A stretch of 64,000 nt of DNA, from NCBI GenBank assembly GCA_964430735.1, contig CAYSFB010000002.1, positions 94,027 through 158,026 on the forward strand. The letters are read 5' to 3'. Both the position numbers and the translations under genes were made by a program. This document shows, piece after piece, positions 41,801 to 51,100 of this stretch. The stretch is from an uncultured Planctomycetia bacterium. Lineage in GTDB: Bacteria > Omnitrophota > Gorgyraeia > 2-02-FULL-51-18 > JAGOUK01. Under the pieces are notes generated by a model. The model was given only the letters and a program-made list of their open reading frames with translations, did not search any database and was not told where the DNA came from. Numbering within the stretch: the first letter of the stretch is position 1; every line of letters starts with the position of its first letter.

Positions 41801-43880
41801 AGTTACCTACTGTCAGGGTTGCAACATTGACGGTGACCGTCCCTATATAGGATGCGTCCATCGTCAGATCGCCACCCGACCAAGTACCGATGTTATCGAT
41901 ACTGATGTTAAAAGTACCCGTTAGAACGACGGCGTCGGTTCCGTCCGGAACCACATTCCCGTCCCAATTGGTGCCATCGCTCCAGCTTGTGCCATCCCCG
42001 CCCCCGTCCCAAGTCGGGTCGATGAGGAGGTTGGAGTTGTTGCCCCGGTTGGCACCGTGCTCGATGAAGCTAAAGTGAACCATCCGGACATCCTGGAACG
42101 AGACACGGTCCCAATTAACCCCCGGGCGAATCTGACTATTTGGATTATTTAAGTCCAGGAAGTATTGAGTTCCGCGGATGGAGGACCAAAACTTGATGTG
42201 CTGTTCGCCGCCTTCAGACTGCGGCTTATCCTTGGCTCCGATGATCCGTACGTCTCCCAAAAAGCGGTAAGTCTCCCCCGCCTGGAACGTGATCTCGATG
42301 TCGGGGATGATGGCAGTGAAGTTGCCGCCGAAGGTGCGGGAGCCGTCTATATAGATGTTGGAGAGGAGGTTGACCGAGTCCGGGGTACCCGGGACAAAGC
42401 CGCCGGACCAGTTCAAGGGATCGGAGAACAGGTTCGAGGAAGAACCGGTGAAGTCCAGGGCCTGGAAGGAGATGTTCTGATTGTTGCCTTCGTTCTTCGT
42501 GAGTGAGACTTCCAGACTTGGCGGGCCATGGGCATAGACATAGACCGTATCCTGGAGACTTGAGAACTTGATGTCCGAAGTATTCACCTGTCCGATCATC
42601 CAGGGAGTGCCATTCTGGGTGGACCGGATATTTAAGAGCTTGCCATAGGATCCTTGAAGCGTGAGACTCCCGGTGAAACTTTGGGTCCTGCCGGCTTCGA
42701 AGCGCATCGTCTTCTCAGGCGTTAATACATAAAAGTCGTGGAAGGTATTGGATCCCGAGATCAGGGAATCCTGGGTTGTGATGAACTCGACTTTGGAATC
42801 CCCGGCCAGGAAAGATCCTTCATTCGTCCAATCGTTTTGGATCAGGAAGTGCGTGTTGCCCTGGACCTGGAGGACGGCATCTTCCGTGATATGAAGCGAC
42901 TGGGCGGAGATCTGGGTATTGGGAAGGGTCTGGATCAGGCCGTTTAAGGTGAGCTTGCCTTCTACGGTCAGGTCCCCTGTGATGGTGGCGTTCTTGGCCT
43001 CTACTTTGACTTCCTGGGCCTTGAGGGTTCCCTCGACCTGCACCTCATCCGCCATGAGTTCGATGACACCGTTGGTCTCAACGATTTTTCCGGCTTCAAT
43101 GACGCCTGTGTTGTTGACGACGGAGGTCATGGCTTCATCAAAGCTCTTGGCAGTCAAGGTGACGTTATGTCCGGCTGAGAGGGAGCCTGAGTTTGAGACT
43201 TGGGGGTTGGAACTTAAGGCTTCGTGCAGGCCTTCGGTGATGGTGAAGTGAATAAGGCCTTCATTATCAAAGGAGAGGGTGGCTTTTTCGGCGGAGCCGA
43301 GGATGACTTTGCCGGCATGGGCTTGGATGGTTCCGGAGTTCAGGACTTCCGGGGCTAAGAGCAGGGCGTTACCGGAGGCTGAGATATGGCCATTGTTTGT
43401 GATGCCCTGAGCATTGCCGGAATTGGAGAAGTTGTAGTTGCCGGAGGTGAAAAGAGCGTTTGAGATGTCCAGGGTCGAGGCGATGAAGTCCCCTGTCTGA
43501 ATATCGGCCGTATCATGGATATGGATGCCGTTGGGGTTCACGAGAAAGAGCCTTCCATTGGCTCGTAAGACGCCGAAGATATCGGAAACGGTGTTGCCGG
43601 TGACCCGGGCCAAGACACTGGCGTCGACTGAGGGCTGGATGAAGCGGACTTCCTGGCCTTCGGCGATCGAGAAAGAATCAAAGTTGATGACGGCGTTGTC
43701 GGAAGCGGTGATCTCGAGAAGATTGGGCTGGGAAGTGTCAAAGGTGGCTTGGCCGGATTCAACGACGGGGTCGGCGGCTGCGGGCCCGGCCCACAGACAC
43801 AGAGCCAACGACGCCCCTGCCATAATAGAGGGAATCAGCGCCGATCGTCCGCTAAGTTGAGGCCTTATGACTCTCCGCAT
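32841..43880 (-). CDS. Giant (3679-3685 aa) TpsA-like exoprotein: extended signal peptide, a filamentous-hemagglutinin N-terminal (TPS/haemagg_act) secretion domain, then ~3,300 aa of beta-helix-type repeats with two Gly-rich low-complexity blocks
   Basis: The N-terminus [36 protein letters not shown] is followed by a segment of TPS-domain signature character: ...[81 protein letters not shown]. The track start at 43898 (MIACGC) overlaps a TTGACA promoter; ATG 43880 or 43823 is more likely the real start. There are long arrays of TGTFT/NLTI/FYNLT beta-strand repeats. GGNGG(A/S)GG tracts fall at ~40750..41900 and ~37800..38900. Confidence 0.85.
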   Translation of the reverse strand: MRRVIRPQLSGRSALIPSIMAGASLALCLWAGPAAADPVVESGQATFDTSQPNLLEITASDNAVINFDSFSIAEGQEVRFIQPSVDASVLARVTGNTVSDIFGVLRANGRLFLVNPNGIHIHDTADIQTGDFIASTLDISNALFTSGNYNFSNSGNAQGITNNGHISASGNALLLAPEVLNSGTIQAHAGKVILGSAEKATLSFDNEGLIHFTITEGLHEALSSNPQVSNSGSLSAGHNVTLTAKSFDEAMTSVVNNTGVIEAGKIVETNGVIELMADEVQVEGTLKAQEVKVEAKNATITGDLTVEGKLTLNGLIQTLPNTQISAQSLHITEDAVLQVQGNTHFLIQNDWTNEGSFLAGDSKVEFITTQDSLISGSNTFHDFYVLTPEKTMRFEAGRTQSFTGSLTLQGSYGKLLNIRSTQNGTPWMIGQVNTSDIKFSSLQDTVYVYAHGPPSLEVSLTKNEGNNQNISFQALDFTGSSSNLFSDPLNWSGGFVPGTPDSVNLLSNIYIDGSRTFGGNFTAIIPDIEITFQAGETYRFLGDVRIIGAKDKPQSEGGEQHIKFWSSIRGTQYFLDLNNPNSQIRPGVNWDRVSFQDVRMVHFSFIEHGANRGNNSNLLIDPTWDGGGDGTSWSDGTNWDGNVVPDGTDAVVLTGTFNISIDNIGTWSGGDLTMDASYIGTVTVNVATLTVGNLTINRGNFALGAHTINIGGSLSITARNGADGTTGSAGVDGAGGVNGTAGTPGTDGADPDLNASFDGSGGVVALTGNLTVTGGNGGSGGGGSSGGNGEAGSVGAHGTGGDGGSGAIGGHGQAGGTASFTAGSTTTIGGSVTVTGGNAGTAGAGGSAGTAADGEDGTASNGSNSGSAGAGGNGGNAGAGGAAAASVGTGTITGNLTLIGGASSSGGSGGNGSSGGMGGDAAAPADTGNGGNAGNGGAGGTGGSGGAGGAASAPSFNGTISGSLTITGGTAGSSGSNGAGSPAAGAGGNDGGGGGTIGSGGTAGSDGAGGSGGSAGSATFTGFGQTNIAGNMTKNLTGTFDPNGGIVVLNGTNQTLDGNFTFAVLTKSVTTARTLTFAAGTTTTITGTATLNGASGQLLSLRSSSNGSTYTIDASGTKNFSYLDVRDSIATTAASTAVSTNSGNNTSWTFGTTRTWDGSSSTAWNTAANWSGDAVPTSIDLAVIADVATDPILDTNVTVFGLTVNSSGILDLAGFNLTVSGILDNSGTVKLKGSETTVSISTIDANSGTFTYYGDGAGGTTSFTIKDFGSTDYYNLTIDARSDETFALGSGTVIAGGLTVTTGTFNGSTRTLDIDGNVTINGGTLTAPSDTFTVGGNWSQTSGTFTPGTNRVTFDSSGTQTLDSGGTSFYRITHSGSGTLQLANDTTLTVTNDFTNSAGTFDLNGINWTMTSATFSNTANVKAKGSETITGLTQDTNSGTWTFVGDGDSSADTFTLPDFGSTDYFNLTINATDSTDVFQSGAAKVIGSSGTLTLTQGILDLNGNNLTMSGATFVNNSTLRLQGGETLTNFTNDTDSGTVVYNGTGTYSSGLVVGSTYYDLTFNGSGGTWILSGNVGVNRDLTITAGTLDTKSGSNYNIVIGRHWSNSGTFTSRNGTVTFNGTTARNITSGASSFYNLTISGNTATLQDNLSVTGSLSITGTSGTNGTDGGDGDATPGSDGANGTNGSLVSGSFNVSVTINLNISGGDGGSGGSGGEGSDDNATGGGSGGSGGSGGSASMTMGSGSLTIGSALSIAGGAGGALTNNSAWGSNGGSAGDNGQSSSGGPGGNGGNGGAASFTIGSGSTSITGNVSVAGGIGAGGGTPGDGNSGTGAGGNGGNGGSGGSATLTGTSTSFSVGGNLNIDAGAGGAGANGEAGGAGNGGNGGNGGNGGTARVTGFSGTVTVGGTFTISAVAGGGGNGGGDSGANGGNGGAGGNSTAQLDTSSGTFNFAGALTASGSSGAAGSAGNDDEAGNPGAAGSGGTASKTVGIAGNISATNVTLSGTSLTLPSGILTFTGAWSGGAFTHNSGTVVMNNGSSNSITSGAGSSFNNLQITGGQTVTLGDAIAVAGTLTIKSGTLDQGVHNMDLATVFIHGTGAWTNNSTGDINFTGGTVTNNGAVTFNGNGGGAGDADDIVITGAATWQGAGTFNFTDVDLTSQTASGRTILAASSTNTGGNLHFVFPGSVITWDGGGDGINWSDDANWSGDVEPTSSDYVQINAYVTTVDASFGGSVDYLELIGGGSTTIDAALSVNYLYINNVTVTMNANLSPLTTEIAAGTLDVNTSTLTGAVILTGGTLDGDSGTLTLDNVGIFGGTLIATSGSFTTTGSWTYSSGTFNPGAGTVSFLTAGATVYLRGTSSAPFYDLTLSNGSGAATYVLSADLDVDRNMLIDDVTGNLVTLDSSTSNYAITVGGNMTFADANSVLTARSGTVTFDAASGTKTITSAGESFYNLVFNDGGGTATWELQDALSVGNNLTLTGGTLHLKGQSITVTGTFSNSDIVKLNGGNTISLTQDTDSGTWEYVGDGAGGTTTFDIKNFGSTDFYNLTINSTAGDETFRMNGQDLAVAGTMTVTSGTYSANTRTTTVTGAATVNGGTYTASTATQTFNGGLTISSGTFTGSSGTVDVNGNLALSGGTLTAPSGTFTVSGNWTVSNSPTFTAGTNTVTLDGTSGTKTITSASTSFYNLTLNDGGGTATFELQDALDVDNNLTITGGTLDTKSGTNAAITVGGNWSNADTFTARSGTVTFNGASGTKTITSGGSSFYNLTLNDGGGTATFELQDALDTNNNLTITGGTLDVKSGSNFGITVGNNWSNADTFTARSGTVTFDATDTGNTITDGGSDWYNVTFNGSGGGWSFADATVISNDLTVTAGTLSGTSDITVNGGDVTGNGTINLTGGVFLLDGTGNFGGNTGWTFNDLTFGDGSGGATSTKTGSGAITVSDDFVIAANQTLSAGDDTWNVAGDWTASGTFTAGTSTFVFNGTANQILTGDSVTFYNLTKTDASNNTTDVTLTFAAGDTFTIGVGGTLTITGIDDNDRVNLVSSSPGTEWMLVLNGTADIDWADVTDSDAGGGSTVVPADTNDGGNNTNWTLSSTVDVSGTVYSDEGVTGIANVTVAISINGAIAAGTDDTNGSGAYSITGLTIVSGDVLTLYLDGETQDGVTVTVTDGAALTGIDIYQNKLIVRYETGSSITNANLETAETNADADITAIYTVSGGNLTVATNKELFIHTGDTFAPQGNVTATNLEINGTGIFDANHTSAIAIAISGIWDGEDGTYTKDSNQSETITFSGDGSNRTMIFGSGAFNNVTFNAQASWTLSGNLDVDGNLTVTAGGIYQGTGNISVDGTVTISANGNWINNSTGDVVLGGNLTNAGLIMFNGSGYGNGADEIAITSTNALNDRTWTKSGSGVFMLTDVNVSDQDNGASTTITCYSCTLSDSDWTPSASNIQGIFWDNGDANGLTSDADNWSTNLAPDANTFLVFNDTSDTDADVDADLDAFGIYLTHEYTSEFLRGDGKLITLTDGGAGFSQKAGALNLIRWLATMSYYNGDSNRVTRYIPDGPGSYDYIEIIFVGLTNVPGSATGVKGVASESVDLTRVLGAYVSGSGISSSSPGFGSLQLEGGGFGIFSSQNLFESSPEIQNELFASLDLSGMNAGMIQNPNLLPEEDALLGMALVA
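37800..38900 (-). repeat. Gly-rich low-complexity block 2 of the TpsA-like protein
   Basis: The sequence reads [32 protein letters not shown]...GGNGGNGGNGG. The antisense reading gives the PPLPPLPP artefact ORF 37726..38943(+). Confidence 0.7.
40750..41900 (-). repeat. Gly-rich low-complexity block 1 of the TpsA-like protein ([21 protein letters not shown] repeats)
   Basis: Seen in the translation. The antisense reading produces the Pro-rich artefact ORF 40129..41850(+). Confidence 0.7.
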
Positions 43881-43973
43881 ACACCCACACGCTATCATGC
43901 GAGTCAGTGTATGTCAACTTGTGATAAGTATTGTTTATTATGGATTAGAAGGATTTAACTCGGAAATGGGCGT

Positions 43974-44861
43974 CTATTTGTTCTTTTTGACCCATTCCAT
44001 CGACCGGCGCGCCGAGGCCCGGTAATGGATGTCGTAGACGATTTTGCGGATGGCGGTCTTGAGAATTTTGGTCAAAAGTGACCCGTCGGCGTAGTCGGCC
44101 TCGGCAAAGTGGTCCGCCCGGCCCGCGAAGACCATCTCCTTCACCTCGTCGGACACACCAATGTTCTTGTCGAACACGGCGATAGCCTGGCCGCCCGCTT
44201 TTTGCGTCAGCGTCATGGAAGGAATATCCGTCGCTCCGTCGCCGATATAAATCATGTTGCGGAACGGGATCGGCCGTTCGTTGTCCGGCATATGCGAATT
44301 GATGTCCTCGGACAGGTCCAACTTCCCTTTATTGATGCGGAACAGGAATTGCGTCTTGTTGGTGTCGTTGATCACGAGCTTCGGAAAAACGGGACGGCCG
44401 TTCTCGTAGGCAAATTCGCAGGCATAGGCCTTGCGGAAGCGGCCGGCGATGGTGCAACCGGACAGAATTTCCATCAGTCCGCTGGAAATGACGTAATGCT
44501 CGATCGTGATGCCGCGTTCGACGGCTTCCGGAATGTCTTTTAAAAAAGCGTCCATCCGGTCGAAGTATGTCTCCACTCCGTTGAAATACCGGATCCGCTC
44601 TTTGGCCAACTCGGCCAGGCGCGACGGATTGAGCGGCCGCTTCGCGAAAATGGGCTCCGAAATCAGCATCTTGAGGTACGCGAGCGTGCGTTCGTACCCC
44701 TGCTCGCGCGTCAGCGCCTGCGACCGCTTCCAGAATTCGTCCTTGTCGAGTCCGTAGTCCTCGAAAATCGTCCGCTCCTGCATGTTGTCGGGGCTCAGCG
44801 TTCCGTCGAAGTCGTAGACGATGGCGATGACGTTCTGCTTGGGAAGGATGGTGTCTTTCAT
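43974..44861 (-). CDS. HAD-superfamily hydrolase/phosphatase
   Basis: 295 aa. Motif I is IVYDFDGTLSP (DxDG[TV]), with downstream HAD motifs. The start ATG overlaps the upstream gene's stop as ATGA. Confidence 0.75.
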   Translation of the reverse strand: MKDTILPKQNVIAIVYDFDGTLSPDNMQERTIFEDYGLDKDEFWKRSQALTREQGYERTLAYLKMLISEPIFAKRPLNPSRLAELAKERIRYFNGVETYFDRMDAFLKDIPEAVERGITIEHYVISSGLMEILSGCTIAGRFRKAYACEFAYENGRPVFPKLVINDTNKTQFLFRINKGKLDLSEDINSHMPDNERPIPFRNMIYIGDGATDIPSMTLTQKAGGQAIAVFDKNIGVSDEVKEMVFAGRADHFAEADYADGSLLTKILKTAIRKIVYDIHYRASARRSMEWVKKNK

Positions 44862-46282
44862 GCGGCTGCTTTCTTATGGCGGTTGATCAGCAGCGACAAT
44901 GCAGGCGGCGTCAGAATCGTCGTCAGCATCACCATGATGACGATGACCGCGAATTCCTCGTCCGAAACGACCCCCAGCTTCATACCCATCATCGCGAAGA
45001 TCAATCCGACTTCGCCGCGCGGAACCATCCCGACGCCGACGACCCACTTGTCCACCTTGCCAGCCGCAAGACCCGCGACGATTTTGCCGGCGACGGCGAC
45101 CGCCGTGATGCCGAGAGCCAGGAGCAGCGCGTGCGCGTCAAAAAGTGTTTCGAGCCGGACCGAAAAGCCCGTCATGATGAAAAAGATCGGGACCAAAAAC
45201 CCGGCCACCGGCTCGACCAGATGCGCCGCGTGATGGTCCTTGTGATGGTCCAGAACCCGCTTAAGATCCGTCCGGGCCGGCTCCGGCCACCTGGCCGATG
45301 CGCTCTCGAGCTCCTGCACGATCTTGGGATCGTCGAAGTGCTTAAAGTGAAACGGCGTGAGCACGAGCCCGGCGGCAAACGCGCCGACGATCGGAGCCAA
45401 TTCGATCAGATGGGCCGCATAGGCGAACAGAAGGCAGGTCGCCAGCGCGAGCGTCAACTTCATCGCTGGAGCGGTCGAAAAGCGCGACATGAGCACATTG
45501 TTCACGGGCGCCAGCATGCGGCCGACGACGAGGGATCCGGCCAGGAACAAAAATGCCTTGAGCGTGATCCAGCTGATCATCACAGGGCTCGCCGCACCGG
45601 TCGTGACGACGAGCGATACCACGGCCAGAATGATCAGCCCGAGCACGTCGTCGATCACTGCCGCTCCCAAGACGATTCTGGCTTCCGGCAGGTGGATCTT
45701 ACCCAGGTCCTGGAACACACGCGCGGTGATGCCGACCGAGGTCGCGGTCAGCGTCGCGCCGAGGAAGAGGTAGGCGTTAAAGCCGGCATCCGGAAAAAAC
45801 AACGGGCCGACGACGAACGTCCCCAAAGCGAACGGGACCACGACGCCGACGCAGGCAACCAAAAACGCGCGGATGCCGACCTTGCGCATCTCGTCCACGG
45901 TCGTCTCGAGTCCGACCTGAAACAGCAGCAGGACCACGCCCAATTCGGCCAGGAAGTGAATCATGGGATCAGTTCGAAGCGGTTCGAGTCCGTGGAATCC
46001 GATCAGGGTGAGATTTCCGAGCAGAACACCGAAGAGAATCTCGCCGAGCACGGCGGGCTGTCCGAATTTTTCGATCATCCCGAACACTTTGGCTCCCAGA
46101 ATGAGCAGCGCGATCCACAGAAAAATCTGCGCCGCGCCTGCTCCGTGGCCGGAATCCGGGGCGGCTCCTGCGGCTGCAAACAAGGGTGTGCAGAACCATA
46201 AAGTCGGCAAGGCGATGATTGCCGCGGCCGAAGTCAGACCGGGACGTCCGATACGCGGGAACTTGAAAAAGCTCGGCTTCAT
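44858..46282 (-). CDS. Monovalent cation:proton antiporter (CPA1/CPA2, NhaP/KefB-like)
   Basis: The likely start is ATG 46282 (MKPSFFKFP...), which overlaps the hemA stop as ATGA. The track start at 46378 would run into hemA. The protein has 11-13 predicted TM helices, including GAKVFGMIEKFGQPAVLGEILFGVLLGN, typical of the CPA N-terminus. Confidence 0.8.
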   Translation of the reverse strand: MKPSFFKFPRIGRPGLTSAAAIIALPTLWFCTPLFAAAGAAPDSGHGAGAAQIFLWIALLILGAKVFGMIEKFGQPAVLGEILFGVLLGNLTLIGFHGLEPLRTDPMIHFLAELGVVLLLFQVGLETTVDEMRKVGIRAFLVACVGVVVPFALGTFVVGPLFFPDAGFNAYLFLGATLTATSVGITARVFQDLGKIHLPEARIVLGAAVIDDVLGLIILAVVSLVVTTGAASPVMISWITLKAFLFLAGSLVVGRMLAPVNNVLMSRFSTAPAMKLTLALATCLLFAYAAHLIELAPIVGAFAAGLVLTPFHFKHFDDPKIVQELESASARWPEPARTDLKRVLDHHKDHHAAHLVEPVAGFLVPIFFIMTGFSVRLETLFDAHALLLALGITAVAVAGKIVAGLAAGKVDKWVVGVGMVPRGEVGLIFAMMGMKLGVVSDEEFAVIVIMVMLTTILTPPALSLLINRHKKAAA

Positions 46283-47334
46283 GATTTTTCCTCTGCGTTG
46301 AGACGGGTCGTATCGGGAGATCCTGCCGTCAGCCAGGCCAAAAATTGTCCAGTCGACCGGTCGATGATCGATCGGCATGCCGCCACCGCCGCCTGGCGCG
46401 CGCGGGCGTTGCGGTCGGCGATCACCTGGAGGTTGTCCAGATTATAAAGGTAGACGTCCGGGAGCTCGTTGACGTCCTCGTGAGCGTTCCGCGGCACGCC
46501 CAGGTCGATCAAAAAAATCGCACTGCCGTTCTTGCGCTTCATCCAGGTCCCGACGCGGTCCCGGTGGATAAAGGCAGTCGGCGTTCCGGCCGACGAGATC
46601 ACGATGTCGGCCGAAGCGGCCTCCTCGTCAAGCCGCTCATACGGAACCGCGCGGCCGCCGAACTCCTCGACCAAACCTTCGGCGCGTTCGGTGTTCCGGT
46701 TCACGATGACCAGCTCTCCGATTCCCCGGCCCATCAGCGACTCGCAGACCGCGCGGGCCATCTGGCCGGACCCGATGAGGAGCACCCGCTTGTTTTTGAG
46801 CGAGCTGAAGATTTTGAGCGCCAGGTCCACCGCGATCGACGCCATGCTGATCTTGCCCTCGCCGATGGGCGTTTCGGTCCTCACCTTTTTGCCGACCCGG
46901 AGCGCGCGCTGGAACAGCGCGTTCATCGCGCGAGACGTGCGGCCGGACGCATGTGCCTTGGCGTAAGCGTCCTTGACCTGACCGAGAATTTCGGTTTCGC
47001 CGAGCGCCATCGAATCCAGGCCCGCGGCAACCGCAAAGAGATGCCGGACCGCATCGGCGTCCGTGCTGAAATAGGTGTGGCTCCGGAACGACGACTCCGG
47101 CTCGCCCGAGAATTCGGCGAACGCGCGCACGACGTGCTGCAGCGCCGCGTCGGGGTCGGCCGCCCACCCGTACACTTCGGTCCGGTTGCAGGTCGACAGG
47201 ATGACCTGCTCCGCGATCCGGCCGCCCGAAGCGAGAAACGCGCCGAACGCCTGATAGCGAAGGTCGGTGACGGAGAACTTTTCGCGCAGGCCGATGGGCG
47301 CGGTCTTGTGATTCATACCGACGACGAAGATCAT
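46279..47334 (-). CDS. hemA: Glutamyl-tRNA reductase
   Basis: MIFVVGMNHKTAPIGLREKF...VILSTCNRTEVYG (catalytic Cys motif), followed by an NADPH-binding LLIGSGQMARAV segment. The true start, ATG 47334, overlaps the upstream stop (ATGA). The track's 485-aa version begins in an Arg/Gly-rich non-coding-like extension. Confidence 0.9.
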   Translation of the reverse strand: MIFVVGMNHKTAPIGLREKFSVTDLRYQAFGAFLASGGRIAEQVILSTCNRTEVYGWAADPDAALQHVVRAFAEFSGEPESSFRSHTYFSTDADAVRHLFAVAAGLDSMALGETEILGQVKDAYAKAHASGRTSRAMNALFQRALRVGKKVRTETPIGEGKISMASIAVDLALKIFSSLKNKRVLLIGSGQMARAVCESLMGRGIGELVIVNRNTERAEGLVEEFGGRAVPYERLDEEAASADIVISSAGTPTAFIHRDRVGTWMKRKNGSAIFLIDLGVPRNAHEDVNELPDVYLYNLDNLQVIADRNARARQAAVAACRSIIDRSTGQFLAWLTAGSPDTTRLNAEEKS

Positions 47335-48128
47335 GGCTTCGAGTGCGCCCCCCAAAACACGAACAGCATCAGCAGATAAAACGCCGCGCTGACGGACGCC
47401 ACGGTCCGGGAGCGGCCCCGGGCGCCAAAACGCATCCAGACCAAAAAGACATACAAAACCAGCATGAGCACCGACAGCGCCACGGTCGGGTCCCCAAAAA
47501 CGTCGGCGGGCCGGTCCAAGCCGCCCATGACCTTGGCTCCTCCGGCCACGCCCATCGCCAACGCCGCCGTTCCGACGGTCAGCGCCGCAAAATTGAGCCG
47601 GGCCGTCAGCTCGAGCGGCGGGAGCGTCGACAGATGCGCCGCGAGCGCGCGCTGCTTGATCATCCGGTCCTGAATCAAAAAGAGGGCAGAAAATATAAAG
47701 GAAAGCGTAAACGCGGCCAACGCCGTAAACATGCAAAAAACATGGCCTTTGAGCAGGCCTTCGAGCGCGGCTCCCGTGCCGAGACCGGCCGGTCCGCCCG
47801 CGCGGTACAGCGCCATCACTCCCAAGGCGAGGCTGACGGCGGACAGGATCGCCGAAGCCCAGCGGACGCGGACGAACAGGCGCACCGCGCCGTATGCAAC
47901 CGCGAGGATGCAGAGCGTGAGCAGCACGCCGTCAAAAAAATGAGCGGGCTGCCAGGACCCTTGAGCCCGCAAACGGCCGGTCAGAACGGCCGCCGTCATG
48001 AAGGCTCCGAGCGCGTAGCTGATCTTGGAGGCTAAATGGGCGTAGCGGAGCTCGGTCCGGCCGCCGGCCACCGCCAGCAAAAGACTCAGCAGGTAGAGGA
48101 AAAGGGAGAAGAGAAAAAAGCGTTCCAT
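47331..48128 (-). CDS. hemX: HemX-like / CcsA-family (cytochrome c assembly protein family) integral membrane protein
   Basis: 265 aa with 8 TM helices. The segment FTLSFIFSALFLIQDRMIKQRAL closely matches the corresponding B. subtilis HemX/CcsA-family segment. It is immediately upstream of hemA and translationally coupled to it, as in the Bacillus hemAX arrangement (here in the order X then A). Confidence 0.7.
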   Translation of the reverse strand: MERFFLFSLFLYLLSLLLAVAGGRTELRYAHLASKISYALGAFMTAAVLTGRLRAQGSWQPAHFFDGVLLTLCILAVAYGAVRLFVRVRWASAILSAVSLALGVMALYRAGGPAGLGTGAALEGLLKGHVFCMFTALAAFTLSFIFSALFLIQDRMIKQRALAAHLSTLPPLELTARLNFAALTVGTAALAMGVAGGAKVMGGLDRPADVFGDPTVALSVLMLVLYVFLVWMRFGARGRSRTVASVSAAFYLLMLFVFWGAHSKP

Positions 48129-48135
48129 CTACCGG

Positions 48136-48141
48136 ATTATA
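48136..48141 (-). promoter_or_regulatory. Perfect -10 TATAAT located 7 nt upstream of the hemX-like ATG (possible leaderless transcript start for the hemX/hemA/antiporter/HAD operon)
   Basis: The minus-strand sequence reads ...TAAaaggccccggagTTGATATAATccggtagATG. It lies in the 29-bp gap after the giant B stop. Confidence 0.4.
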
Positions 48142-48157
48142 TCAACTCCGGGGCCTT

Positions 48158-51100
48158 TTAAGCAGACTGATACGCCACGCGGGCGCCGCGGACAAATTCC
48201 TCCAGGTAACGGGAAACATCGCCCTTGAATTCAAAGATTCCGATGCCGCCTTTCCACGAGACGCCCAAGATCAGGCCCTGATTTTCTTCATAACCCTTAT
48301 ACAGCACATGCATGCCGGCCTCCAGGAACCGAACCGTCGTTTTAGAATCCGGCGCAAGCGCCAGAATCCAGTTCCGGCGGGGCCCTTGCGGCGTTTCCGG
48401 GCGGAACGTGCCGGGATCCGGCAATAGATAGGCGGCCTTGCCCTGGATACGGCGGGCGGAATCGTATTCTGTGACCGACTCGACCGAATCTGCGCCGGGG
48501 GCGAAGATCACATTTTTTCCGTACCACTCCGTCTGCGGGTACTTCTGACGCAGGGCCTTCAGATTCGGAAGGGACGGGTCACGCACCAAAAGCACCTGTT
48601 CGAACTGGGCTGCCAGACGCTTGGCACGCTCGAGCCGGTAACGGAACGGCAGCCCTTCCTCGCCTTTTTTCCCGTCCTTGATGAAGACTTCGAGGTCCGT
48701 CACGATCGTTCTCGTATCCGTATTGTCAAAACGGAGCGGGTCCCGGTAGCTTCGGTCGATGACGGCGAGCCGCGAGCGGCGCAGACGGGCCGTCTGCCCA
48801 GCGATCAAGGACGCGCGTCTTTGGACCTCGGCTTCGGACAGGGCTGCGGCGGATTCTGCGCCGCCGGTCAGATAATCCGCGATCTTCCTGGAGATCGCAT
48901 TCAAACGGTTGACGGCTTCACCGGCTGAATCCTGACGCTCGGGCATCAGCGCCAGCGCCAGGCGCTCGTCGAGCAGTCCGGCCAATGTCGCGGGATCCAA
49001 ATCGGCGGCCTGGATGGAATCGATTTCGCCGGCCGGCGCGGCTAGCTCGGGAGCAAGCGTCGGTGCGCCGCCGGCGTTGCCGGCAAGGATCAGCCGCTTG
49101 GCCGGCGGCGGAATCGACCTGGCCAAAGCCATCACAAGCGCGGCCAGCTGCGCAGACGTCAGCTTGGCGGAATTCTCTCCGGAGAGAAGCTTTTCGGCAA
49201 AGGGCGTCACGATCCGCAGATCCGCCGCGTCTTGTTCCGCCAATTTGCCCAGGATGGCGGCGACGGCCTCGGGGCGCTTGACGGTGGAACGGTCCAACAT
49301 CAGGTCGATCCCCTCCAACGCATCCTCCCCTTCTCGGTTCCCGCGGAATTCCAAATCAGACTGTGAAAGGAAGCGGACGGTGATCCGGGAATTCAATCCG
49401 GGTGAATAAGGCGCGATCGACTCGAACGCGTCCTTCCACAACGCTTCGATATTGTCCTTGCTCTCGCCGGACCGGAGAATGCCGACCGTCAATTTGCCCG
49501 GAAGCCGGACCGCGACGGGCTCCGGAGATGCAGGAATCAAATAGGACGCCGCGAATTGCTTTCCGGCCAGACGCGCGCCCGAGGACGGCGCAGTCGAACG
49601 GGATTTTTGATCGAGTTCTTCGATCATCCGTTCCGCAGCAGCGGCTTCGGCCCGGACTCGAACCAGATTTTCTTCCAACGCTTGGAGCTCGCTTTGTTGT
49701 TCGGCCGCCCAGGCGTCGCGGGCCGCATCGGCTGCCTTGAGTAAAGGCGCCAGATCCGGCAGGGCCTGCGGGTTGACCGCCGGTTTTTTGAATCCGGGGA
49801 CCACGTAATACAACTCGTTGGGGTTTCCGGCTTGCATGGGTCCGGCCACCACGCAAAGCGTCTCACGCGGCAGGGTGAAGCCGCCATACCTGAAGTCGGT
49901 GCTGTTTTCCTTTTTGGCCACGCCGATGGCTTTGAGCGCTTTTTGATCCCATTTTTCGAACAGTTCGCCGATGGGGCGGACGCCGGCCATGTAGGAATGG
50001 TTGAATATGGCATAGTTCAGCGCGTAAGGATCGGTCGACAGGTGGCTCGTCATCCCCGAGATGAAGGGATGGCCGATCCATGCGGAGTCCTGCAGTGTGG
50101 AAACATACTTTTGGGCGGCGGCGTTGCTCTCGAATCCGGGAGCTGCGCGCAAACGGTCGATGATCGCCCGGCTCCGCGTGCGGAACTGGGCCAGACGCTC
50201 CCAGTCGGCGTCGAGGGTCCGCTGGGCTGCCAGGGTGACCGCCCGTTGAAGCGTTTCGCGGAGGCCGTCAGTCGCCGAAAAACGGATCGGCCTGACGTCG
50301 GCGGGACGTGAATTGTCAGGAAGGTACCCGATGTTTCCATTATTGACGACAAGACGCTCAGCAAGCTCTGAGGACGGGACCTGGGTCCAGACGCCGGTCT
50401 CCATCTGCGTCCACGCGGCCAGACCGGTCGAGGGCCGGACCTCCGCCTGAAACGACGCGAATCTGGATTCCAGCTCTTTTTGCTGATCGCGCAATTCGCC
50501 GAGTTTGGTGCGCTGCCCGATAATCTGCGCCTCTATTTCGGCTTTGCGGCGCAGAACCTCAGGATCTGCCTTCGGAGCGGCCGCAGGCGGATTCAAGGGT
50601 GGAAGCGGAGGAAGCGGTGTGGGCTCATCCTTCGCGGGCTGCATGGGCGTCGACACGGCAGGCGCCGGCGCGGCCGGAGCCGGTTCGACGGACAAAGACT
50701 GCGCGGCCTTGGGTACGTTCACAGGAACCTTTGGTAAATCTTGGGTGCGCTTGTAGAGCGTGACGCCTCCGTACACCGCCGCTCCCAAAAAGAAAAGGGT
50801 GAACGGCCGGCGCAGCACCGGCATCAGAACGCCGCTCCACAGCGGGTGCAGCAAAAACCAGGCGGCCGCCAACGCCGCGGAACCCGCCGCCTGCAGCGCA
50901 TGACCCCATAAAATCTGAGAAGTCGGGTGTGCGGACTCAGGAGAACCTGAAAAAGCGGCCGGCTCTTCGGCCGCCTCCTGCCGTTCGACCGTTGCCGTGG
51001 CCGCCGCACTTGCCGTTACCGCTTCGGCTGCCGCAGGCTCCGGCCGCTCCTCCGGCGCCGAACGGTGCAACAGCCCCGCGCCCGAACGGATCAGCTCGGC

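Noticed and set aside
37726-41850. Pro-rich ORFs 37726..38943(+) and 40129..41850(+) ([13 protein letters not shown]-like look)
   Set aside because: They are the antisense reading of the GGN-rich codons of the TpsA-like protein's Gly blocks (GGN read backwards gives NCC, i.e. Pro). They are not independent genes.
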